In this document: positions 19,833 through 27,281 of the stretch, one piece after another
Numbering within the stretch: position 1 is the stretch's first letter
Layout of the letters: each line of letters begins with the position of its first letter
IMG/VR virus record: IMGVR_UViG_3300024333_000005
Coordinates: 21,242 to 85,241 of that record
Length of the DNA stretch: 64,000 bases
Source: a virus
Reading direction: 5' to 3' (one strand)
Notes under the pieces: generated by a model
What the model saw: the letters and a program-made list of their open reading frames with translations, nothing else
What the model was told of the DNA's origin: nothing
Databases searched by the model: none
Translations under genes and position numbers: made by a program

Positions 19833-21092
19833 GTGCCGAGCGTGGGCCAGTGCAGACAGGGGTTCCAGAAGCGCCTGGAGCTGGCACTCCTGGGCGCACC
19901 CCGAGGCGGGGGCGTAGTCCTGGAGGCCACGGCCGAAGGCGGCCGCGCCTTCACCTGCAACGTCGTCGACTGGATGGTCGACCTGGAGGTCGGCCCCTGG
20001 CCCGAGGGCCAGGCCGTGCTCTACCGGGCGGACTACGCCAAGCTCAAGGCTCTGGGGTGGCAGGGGGGAGCCAAGGTGATCGGCGAGCACTGGGTCGCCA
20101 TCGGCCCCGACGGAGCCGACCTGGCGGTGCTGCCGACGGCGATGGTGAAGCCTCGCCTCGCCGACCCGCCTCTCACCTGGGTCGCCGCCGGCCCGCGGGC
20201 CTCCACGCTGGCTGCGACCCTGCGGCACGCGGCCCGCTACGCCAGCGCTGCCAACCTGGATCGTTCTGCGCTGGCGGCCGTGCGGATTCGGGAGCACGAG
20301 GATCACCTGTGGGCCGAGGCCACCGACGGCCGCCGGCTCTACCGCTCCCCGGAGATCCCCCACCTGGAGGCCGCGCCCGAGCTGCCCTTCTACCTCCACT
20401 GGAGCGCTGCCCGGCTCGTCGCGGCGGCGGTCGCGGCCTTCCGCGACGCCCCGGTCGGGCTGGCCACCGACGGCCACCAGACCAGCCTCCGGGTCGGGCC
20501 GGCCAGGCTGACGTACTGCCCCCCATCGGGCTTCCCCGACCTCGCCTTCGTCTACAGCCTGGCGGCCCCCGACGACCGGCCCCGAGCGAAGGTCAAGGGG
20601 CCCCGCCTGCGGGAGCTGGTCGCGGCCGCTCGGGCCCAGGGGGGCGAGTGGGGGCCGGCGAAGTTCATCGTCCTGCGCTTCGGGCCCGGGGGCCTGACGG
20701 CCACCTGGGAGGGAGGCGAGGGCCTGGTGGCCGGAAGCGTCCGGGGGCAGGGAGAGGCCCAGCTCGATGCGGGCTTCCTGGCCGACGCCCTGGACCTGTC
20801 GGCCGACGATCCCGAGGCGCTGATCGACTCCGCCCTCTTCGAGACCATCGGCCGGCGGCGGCTGTGGATGCTCTGGTTCCTCACCGCGGCCGGCGACCTG
20901 GCGGTTCTCCCGCAGCGGACCGAGGCGGACGTGGCCGAAGGGCGGCGAGCGCAGGGGCCACACCGGCTCGACTGCGGGAGCTGCGGCGCCCGCGGCGCCC
21001 CGTACTACGAGGACTGCGCCGGCTCCGCCCCCGGGGAGGTCTGCCCCACCCGGAACGTCGAGCACAACGCGGCAGCCGCGGCCCCCTATTGA
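19833..21092 (+). CDS. Divergent DNA polymerase III beta-clamp-like protein
   Basis: 'R.AL..VRI......AEATDGRRL', 'GFPDL', 'LDAGFLADAL' clamp motifs; extra N-terminal region and Cys-rich C-terminus. Confidence 0.65.
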   Translation: MPSVGQCRQGFQKRLELALLGAPRGGGVVLEATAEGGRAFTCNVVDWMVDLEVGPWPEGQAVLYRADYAKLKALGWQGGAKVIGEHWVAIGPDGADLAVLPTAMVKPRLADPPLTWVAAGPRASTLAATLRHAARYASAANLDRSALAAVRIREHEDHLWAEATDGRRLYRSPEIPHLEAAPELPFYLHWSAARLVAAAVAAFRDAPVGLATDGHQTSLRVGPARLTYCPPSGFPDLAFVYSLAAPDDRPRAKVKGPRLRELVAAARAQGGEWGPAKFIVLRFGPGGLTATWEGGEGLVAGSVRGQGEAQLDAGFLADALDLSADDPEALIDSALFETIGRRRLWMLWFLTAAGDLAVLPQRTEADVAEGRRAQGPHRLDCGSCGARGAPYYEDCAGSAPGEVCPTRNVEHNAAAAAPY

Positions 21093-22510
21093 GGCTTGTC
21101 CGCACCGGGACCTGGTGCCAGCTCACCGACCTGGGCGACCGGGAAGCGGTCGCCCGGCTGCTCGACCGGCGCTTCTCCTATCCCGTCGAGGGCCACGTCT
21201 TCGCCCCGGCCTACCGGGCCGGGACCTGGGATGGCCGGGCGCGGCTGGTGCGCCGGCTGCGGGGCGGGGGGCTGGCCTATCCGGCCGGCCTGCACCCGGA
21301 GGTCCTGCGGCTGCTCGCCGCACAGGGCCTGGCCCCCGAGGTCGTCGAGGACTTCCCGCCGGCCGAGCCGGTCGGGCCCTGGGCCTGGGCTGGCCCCGAG
21401 CTGCGGCCCTACCAGGTTGAGGCGGTCGACGCGGTCGTGGCCTACGGCGGCGGCCTGGTCCGGCTCCCGGTGCGCACTGGCAAGACCGCCCTCGCCGCCG
21501 AGCTGATCCGGCGCCTGGGCGTCCGGGCGCTGGTCCTGGTGTCGTCCGACCTGCTCCGGCGGCAGACCATCGCGGTCCTGCGGGAAGCGCTGCCGGGAGC
21601 CCGGGTCGGGGCGGTGGGCGAGGGCGCCTGGGAGGCGGACGGGGACCTGTGCGTCGCCACCCTCCAGAGCCTCTGCCCCCGGCTGCGCACCCGGGACTTC
21701 CGGGCCTTCGCCCGGCGCTGGCCCCTGGTGGTGCTCGACGAGGTCCACCACCTCCAGAGCGAGGGCGACGCCTGGCGCAACGTGGCCCTGGCCCTGGACG
21801 CCCGCTACAAAGTGGGGCTCTCCGCCACCGTCGAGGTCGGGCGCAAGCGGCAGAACGAGACGGGGGCAATCTGGCTGCGCGGGCTCTGCGGCCCGGTGGT
21901 CTACTCCCGGACCCTGTCGGAGATGATCGAGGCCGGCTACCTGGTCCGGCCGACCATCCGCTTCGTCCGTCACGGCGCCCCTCCCCTGGCCGCCCGGCGC
22001 TGGTCGCCGGCGGTCTACCGGGACGGGATCACCGACTGCGCCGAGCGCAACGCCCGCATCGTCGCCGAGGCGGTCGCCTACGCCCGGGAGGGGCGGCGGG
22101 TCCTGGTCGACGTGAGCCGGGTGGGGCACGCCCGCCGGCTGCTGTCCCTCTTGCAGCGAGGCTACGAGGGGACCGTGGCGCTGCTCCTGGGCGCCTCCCC
22201 GGCCGAGGAACGGGCCCGGGTCCTGCGGGCCTGGGCCGCCGGCCGCATTGGGATCGTGGTGGGCACGATCCTGGGCGAGGGCGTCGACGTGCCCGCGTTG
22301 GAGGTCGTGGTCAACGCCGAGGGCGGCAAGGCCCGGACGAGCACCATCCAGCGGCTCCGCAACCTGACCGTTGCCCCGGGGAAACGCGGGGCCGTAGTGG
22401 TCGAGCTGGTCGACGACCATCAGGCGCAGCTCCGGGCCTGGACCCTGGAGCGCCTGCGCATCTACCGGAGCGAGCCGGCCTTCTGCCTCCGGGTGGAGGG
22501 CCGGAGTTGA
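21089..22510 (+). CDS. SF2 DEAD/DEAH-box helicase (UvsW-like)
   Basis: 'WDGR', 'LRPYQ', 'TGKT', 'LDEVHH', 'GLSAT', 'GEGVDVP'; TTG start overlapping the upstream stop. Confidence 0.9.
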   Translation: MRLVRTGTWCQLTDLGDREAVARLLDRRFSYPVEGHVFAPAYRAGTWDGRARLVRRLRGGGLAYPAGLHPEVLRLLAAQGLAPEVVEDFPPAEPVGPWAWAGPELRPYQVEAVDAVVAYGGGLVRLPVRTGKTALAAELIRRLGVRALVLVSSDLLRRQTIAVLREALPGARVGAVGEGAWEADGDLCVATLQSLCPRLRTRDFRAFARRWPLVVLDEVHHLQSEGDAWRNVALALDARYKVGLSATVEVGRKRQNETGAIWLRGLCGPVVYSRTLSEMIEAGYLVRPTIRFVRHGAPPLAARRWSPAVYRDGITDCAERNARIVAEAVAYAREGRRVLVDVSRVGHARRLLSLLQRGYEGTVALLLGASPAEERARVLRAWAAGRIGIVVGTILGEGVDVPALEVVVNAEGGKARTSTIQRLRNLTVAPGKRGAVVVELVDDHQAQLRAWTLERLRIYRSEPAFCLRVEGRS

Positions 22511-22513
22511 ACC

Positions 22514-22684
22514 GCCAGCCGAGGGAGGGTAGGCTGGCATCGACAGCGGCGTCTGCCTCCACCCAGGGCAGGCGCCGTCGGTTCGCCGGGTCGGGCGGCT
22601 GGGGTCCCGGGTCGCTGTCGGGGCGCCATGCCCTCCTTCTCCCCCGGGGTCGCCCCTGGGTGGCCGCCCGACCCGGCGAACCGA
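22514..22684 (+). promoter_or_regulatory. Highly structured intergenic leader before the initiator gene
   Basis: Perfect 22-bp inverted repeat 22578-22599/22663-22684 plus alternative crossing pairings. Confidence 0.55.
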
Positions 22685-22691
22685 ACCGGAG

Positions 22692-23654
22692 ATGGCCATG
22701 CCCCGACCGTTCCGCCTGACGCGGCGCCAGCTTGATGCCCTCGCGGTCCTGGCCGCGCTTGATCCCGCAGACCTCCGGCTCCACCCGGTAGGGAGCCTGG
22801 CCGGGGCCCTGGGAGTCAGTTGCCGACAAGCCTCCTGGCTGCTCTCCGGCCTGGTTCGCCGGGGTCTGGTAGCCCGGACGGGACCGGGAAGCAGGGGTGC
22901 GCAAACGTCGGACATTGTAGGAGATGTCCTTACAAAAGTGGCGTGCACGCCACTTTTGTCGGCACCCCTTGATTTACCTAGCGATTTTCAACTCACTAGC
23001 TTAGCTCTCCCGGAGGGAGAGCTTAGTGCGCGATCCGGGCCCTCCTGCCCTCTTCCCTTCCGGGCTCCCGCGGAGGTCCGGGAGGCGGCCTGCTACGCCG
23101 CCTCCCCGGGCGAGCTGGTGGGAGCCCTCAAGAAGCTCGCCGCCCGGTCGAACTGCCACGTCTCTCCCCGGCAGAACCGGAGGCAGGCCGGAGACCTGGA
23201 CTACCTGGGGGAGCTGTACACCTCCCGGCGGCGCCGGTTGGAGCCGGAGTACAATCCTCCCCCCGGCCTGCGGCGAGACCTGGCAAAGCTCCTGGCCGGC
23301 CTGACGCGGGTCCGCCTGGGGCGGAAGCACTGGCCCCTCTACCTGGACTTCTGCTTCAAGGCGTTCCCCCGGTTCGCGCCCCTGGCCTTCCCTCCGGCGA
23401 GGGCCGTGGCCGGCGAAGCGCTGCTCGACTCCTACCTGGCTTCCCTGGGTCGGCGGAAGCTCGACCTCCGCCGGGCGGCGGCCATGCTGGCCGCCGCCGG
23501 TTACGGCGACCTGCCGGCCTGGGTGGTGGCCGACATGGCCCGGAGCGAGGCGGCCTCCCCCGGGGCCCTGGCCGGCATCGAGGACCGCCGCTTCGCCGAG
23601 GCGGCAGCCTGGCTGCGGGAGCGGCTGGACGAGGTGGGGTACGCCGATGAGTAG
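22692..23654 (+). CDS. Winged-HTH protein, probable replication initiator
   Basis: 'LTRRQLDAL', 'LAGALGVS.RQAS..L..L.RRGLV.R' wHTH; directly upstream of DnaB; internal AT-richer palindromic patch. Confidence 0.65.
   Translation: MAMPRPFRLTRRQLDALAVLAALDPADLRLHPVGSLAGALGVSCRQASWLLSGLVRRGLVARTGPGSRGAQTSDIVGDVLTKVACTPLLSAPLDLPSDFQLTSLALPEGELSARSGPSCPLPFRAPAEVREAACYAASPGELVGALKKLAARSNCHVSPRQNRRQAGDLDYLGELYTSRRRRLEPEYNPPPGLRRDLAKLLAGLTRVRLGRKHWPLYLDFCFKAFPRFAPLAFPPARAVAGEALLDSYLASLGRRKLDLRRAAAMLAAAGYGDLPAWVVADMARSEAASPGALAGIEDRRFAEAAAWLRERLDEVGYADE
22910..23030. repeat. Inverted-repeat cluster including a perfect 28-bp palindrome; candidate replication origin
   Basis: ACAAAAGTGGCGTGCACGCCACTTTTGT at 22932-22959; AGCTCTCCC-GGA-GGGAGAGCT at 23003-23023; locally low GC. 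Confidence 0.65.
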
Positions 23655-25002
23655 CGGCAGCTTCGACGTGGAGCTGGAGCGGGACGTGCTCGCCCAGTGC
23701 CTCCGGGACGCGGCCTACCTGCGGCGGGCGGTGCCGGTCCTGCGGCGGCACGACTTCGCCTCCCCGGCCCTGCGCTGGCTGTGGGGGGTCCTGGCCGACG
23801 TATACTCGACCACCCGGGAGCTGCCCTCCCCGCACGTCTGGGGACTGCGGCTCGACCGGGACTTCGCCGAGGACGAGCAGCGGGCCTACCACGAGGAAGT
23901 CCTGCTCGGGCTCTGGCGGCGCCGCTCGACCTCGCCCCGGGCGGCGCTTGAAGAGGTCCGCCGCTTCGTCCAGATGGCGGCGGTGAGGGCTTCGGCGGCC
24001 GAGGCCCTGGGTGCCATCGACGACGGCGAAGTCGACGAGGCGGCCCGGATGATCGCCGAGGGGGCCAAGGCGGCCCGGACGGCCGGTGCCCTGGACGAGC
24101 CCGAGTCCTGGGCGACCTCGGGGGAGGCCCGCCTGGCCGGCTACCGGGCCGCTCCGGTGGGGCTGCGAGTCGCGACCCCGTTCCTGGCGCTCGACCGCGC
24201 TCTGGGTGGCGGCCTGCGGCCCGGTTGCCTGGGGCTGGTGGTGGCGACCACCAACATCGGCAAGTCAGCGCTCGCCGTGGACCTGGGCTTCACCGCCCTG
24301 ACCCGGGCCAAGGCGGCGGTGGCGCACGTCACCACCGAAGAGACCAAGGCCGAGGCCCTGGCCCGCTACGACGCCCGCTACACCGGCATCCCCCGGGACC
24401 GGCTCATGGCCTCCCGCCTGCTCCCCGGCGAGGGCGAGCTGATCGAAGCGAAGTTCCGCAAGGCGGCTCGCTGGGGCCGGCGGCTTCAGGTCCAGGAGAT
24501 CCCTCCCCGGAGCCCGGTGTCGGCGGTGGCGGCCTTCGTCGAGTCGGTCCGGGCCGAGTTCCCGGACGACCTGCTGGTGGTGGTGGTCGACAGCCCCGAC
24601 CACCTGGAGCCCGACCGCAAGGCGGAGAACTACCGCCTGGGCGCCTCGGCGGTCTACTGGGCCCTCAAGGGGCTGGCGCTCGACCCGACCCTGGGGCCGG
24701 CGGCGGTCTGGGCGACCGTCCAGGCGCCGGCGAAGTTCGCCGGGAAGCGGTTGACCTCGGAGGCGGTCTCCGAGTCCTACGACAAGGCCCGGGTCGCGGA
24801 CGCGATGGCCGGGCTCATGGAGAGCGAAGGCGACGAGGGGGAGGAAACCGAGGCGGCCGAGCGCAACCTCCAGCTCGTGCTCGTCAAGAACCGCCTGGGC
24901 GGAATCAAGCGGCTCACCGTCTACTGCGTGGCCAACCTGGGGACCTGCTCGTTCCGGGAAGTCGCCGCCCGTCGACCGGCGCCGGCGGAGGAAGGGGCAT
25001 GA
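23647..25002 (+). CDS. dnaB: DnaB-like replicative helicase
   Basis: 'LDRALGGG', Walker A 'ATTNIGKS', 'TTEE', 'WATVQ', 'VSESYDK', 'KNR.G'. Confidence 0.88.
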   Translation: MSSGSFDVELERDVLAQCLRDAAYLRRAVPVLRRHDFASPALRWLWGVLADVYSTTRELPSPHVWGLRLDRDFAEDEQRAYHEEVLLGLWRRRSTSPRAALEEVRRFVQMAAVRASAAEALGAIDDGEVDEAARMIAEGAKAARTAGALDEPESWATSGEARLAGYRAAPVGLRVATPFLALDRALGGGLRPGCLGLVVATTNIGKSALAVDLGFTALTRAKAAVAHVTTEETKAEALARYDARYTGIPRDRLMASRLLPGEGELIEAKFRKAARWGRRLQVQEIPPRSPVSAVAAFVESVRAEFPDDLLVVVVDSPDHLEPDRKAENYRLGASAVYWALKGLALDPTLGPAAVWATVQAPAKFAGKRLTSEAVSESYDKARVADAMAGLMESEGDEGEETEAAERNLQLVLVKNRLGGIKRLTVYCVANLGTCSFREVAARRPAPAEEGA

Positions 25003-25283
25003 GCGGCTACTGCCCCGGCGACGACCTGCTCGCCCGGTTGCCTGCCCCTCTGGGGCCGGCGGTTGATGCGCTGGTCCCCCTGGCCGCGGCCGAGCTGGCG
25101 ACCCTGGACCGGGTGGCCCTGGGCCGGGTAGTCGAGCGGGAGCGACGGCGGGTCCTGGAGGGCCTGGCCGCGTGCGAGTGGCTGGTCGCCCCTGGCGGCG
25201 GCCGAGAGCCCAAGGCCCCCCTCGTCGCCCCGCTGGCGAAGCTGATTGCCGCTCTGCGGCTGCTCGGGAGATCGGCCGGATGA
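24999..25283 (+). CDS. Hypothetical protein
   Basis: ATGA-coupled ORF between helicase and primase. Confidence 0.6.
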   Translation: MSGYCPGDDLLARLPAPLGPAVDALVPLAAAELATLDRVALGRVVERERRRVLEGLAACEWLVAPGGGREPKAPLVAPLAKLIAALRLLGRSAG

Positions 25284-26278
25284 GGCTGGACCTGCCCGGC
25301 TACCTGGGCGCTCGGACCACCGTGCACCACGAGGCGGCCGGGGAGCACGGCCCCGAGCTGGTCTGCGACTGCCCGCGGTGCGGGCGGGTCGGCAAGCTCT
25401 GGGTGAACGCTGCCAGCGGCCGGTGGGTCTGCTACTTCTGCGGGCAGGGGGGCGGCCTGCTCCGCCTGGTGGGTTGGCTGGACGGGCTCTCCCCGGCCGA
25501 GGCCCGGCGCACCCTGCGGGGCCTGGGCCGTCTGGCGGCGCCGGCCCTGCCGGCCGCCGACGAGCTGGCCCGGCGCCGGTCGACCGAACCGGACGACCGC
25601 CCGGCCCCCGGGGGTCTCCCCTCCGGCTACGTCCCGGTCTACGACCCGGCCTCCGGGCGCTGGACCGTGCCCGAGTACCTGCGGCGCCGGGGCGTGCCTC
25701 TGCGGCTGGCGGCCCGCTATGGGCTGGGGGTGGTGCTGGACCCGGCCTGCGCGGACCCCGAGTGCGCCGGCCGGCCTGGCGGCTGCCGCTACGCCGGGCG
25801 CTTGATCCTCCCGGTCCGGGAGCGGGGCCGGGTCCTGACCTACCAGGCCCGCCTCATGGGCCCGGGCGAGCCGAAGTACCTGGGGCCGCCCCTGGCGAAG
25901 AAGGGCCTGCTGTTCGGGCTCGACGAAGCGGCCGGGGCGGCCGAGGCGGTAGTGGTCGAGGGAACCTTCGACGCCCTGGGGGTGGCCCGCCTGGGCCTGG
26001 CCGCGGTGGCCCTGCTCGGCAAGGTGGCTTCGCCGGCGCAGGCGCTCCGCCTGGCCCGAGCCGGTTTCGTCCGGGCCACGATCCTGCTCGACGCCGACGC
26101 CCCGGCCGCGGCGCAGGAGGCGGCCCTGGTCCTGGGCGAGCTGCTGCCGGTGCGGGTGGCGACCCTGGCCGCGGGCGACCCTGGCGGCGCGCCGCCGGAG
26201 GCAATCCGGGCCGCTCTGGCCGCGGCCCGACCCCCGAGCCTTCGGGGCCGCGGGTCGGCAAAACCCTTGGCCTTGTAG
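25280..26278 (+). CDS. dnaG: DnaG-like DNA primase (Zn finger + TOPRIM)
   Basis: CPRC...CYFC zinc finger, 'YLRRRG', 'GRLILP', 'PKYL', 'VVEG.FD', 'LDAD'. Confidence 0.9.
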   Translation: MRLDLPGYLGARTTVHHEAAGEHGPELVCDCPRCGRVGKLWVNAASGRWVCYFCGQGGGLLRLVGWLDGLSPAEARRTLRGLGRLAAPALPAADELARRRSTEPDDRPAPGGLPSGYVPVYDPASGRWTVPEYLRRRGVPLRLAARYGLGVVLDPACADPECAGRPGGCRYAGRLILPVRERGRVLTYQARLMGPGEPKYLGPPLAKKGLLFGLDEAAGAAEAVVVEGTFDALGVARLGLAAVALLGKVASPAQALRLARAGFVRATILLDADAPAAAQEAALVLGELLPVRVATLAAGDPGGAPPEAIRAALAAARPPSLRGRGSAKPLAL

Positions 26279-26357
26279 GGAAAGTGAGTTGCCCTCTCTT
26301 TTCCTGTTGACTTCCCGCAACCCCGCTGCTATGCTTGCTGATGGATAGGAGGTCGCG
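26273..26357 (+). promoter_or_regulatory. Sigma70-type promoter with upstream box and RBS (copy A)
   Basis: TTGACT(26307-26312)-17 nt-TATGCT(26330-26335) with extended -10 TG; AGGAGG RBS. Confidence 0.8.
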
Positions 26358-27281
26358 ATGGCAGAGCGGTTGCGGTTCGGGCGGTTGGAGCTGGCGGTCC
26401 GGGAGGACCTGACCCCGGCGGACGAGTTCCGGGTGCCGGCCTTCGACGAGCAGTACTACCTCGACCCCGTCCGCCTGGAGGACCTGGCGGCTGCGGTGCA
26501 GGTCCGCATCCCCGCCTTCCTCTGCGGGCCGCCCGGCTCCGGCAAGACCAGCGTGGTCCTCCAGCTCGCGGCCCTGCTCAACCAGCCCGCGGTCCGGGTC
26601 AACCTGGGCGGACAGCCCCACGTGGCGGACCTGCTCGGCGAGAAGGCCCTGACCGTCGAGCCGGCCTCCGGGCAGGCGGTCACCGAGTGGCGGGACGGCC
26701 CGGTCACCGAGGCCGTCCGCCGGGGCTGGTGGTTGATCCTGGACGAGTACACCGCCATGCCGCCGAGCGTGACCCTGCGGCTCCAGGGGCTCCTGGAGGT
26801 CGGGGGCTCGCTGGTGCTGGCGGAGAACGGGGGCGAGGTAGTCGAGCCCCACCCGAGCTTCCGCCTGTTCGCCACCGACAACACCACTGGCCGGGGCGAC
26901 GACACCGGCCTCTATCAGGGGACCCAGGCGCAGAACGACGCCAACCTGGACCGCTTCGTGGTCTTCGCCTGCGACTACCCGCCCCCGGCCGAAGAGGCGG
27001 CGATCCTGGTCCGCAAGACGGGCATCCCCGCCAAGGTGGCGAGGATGATGGTGGAGGTTGCGACCCTGGTGCGGTCCGGCATGCAGAAGTCGGAGACCTT
27101 CTGCACCCTCGGGACCCGGCGGCTCCTGGCCTGGGCCAGCTTCGCCGCGGCCTACGCGAACGGCCACGCCTACACCGCCCCCGCGGCCCGGGCCTACCGG
27201 GTCGCGGTCCGGTCGAAGCTCGGGGCGGAGGACGCGGCCTACGTCGACGGGGTGGCGAAGCGGGTGGGGTTCGACCTGTGA
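26358..27281 (+). CDS. MoxR/CbbQ/CobS-family AAA+ ATPase
   Basis: 'GPPGSGKT', 'WRDGP', 'LILDE', 'HPSFRLFATDNT.G.GD', 'LDRF'. Confidence 0.92.
   Translation: MAERLRFGRLELAVREDLTPADEFRVPAFDEQYYLDPVRLEDLAAAVQVRIPAFLCGPPGSGKTSVVLQLAALLNQPAVRVNLGGQPHVADLLGEKALTVEPASGQAVTEWRDGPVTEAVRRGWWLILDEYTAMPPSVTLRLQGLLEVGGSLVLAENGGEVVEPHPSFRLFATDNTTGRGDDTGLYQGTQAQNDANLDRFVVFACDYPPPAEEAAILVRKTGIPAKVARMMVEVATLVRSGMQKSETFCTLGTRRLLAWASFAAAYANGHAYTAPAARAYRVAVRSKLGAEDAAYVDGVAKRVGFDL

Noticed and set aside
22932-22959. Palindrome as an N15-like telomere resolution site
   Set aside because: It lies inside an apparently essential ORF and no protelomerase was recognised in the window; kept only as an origin candidate
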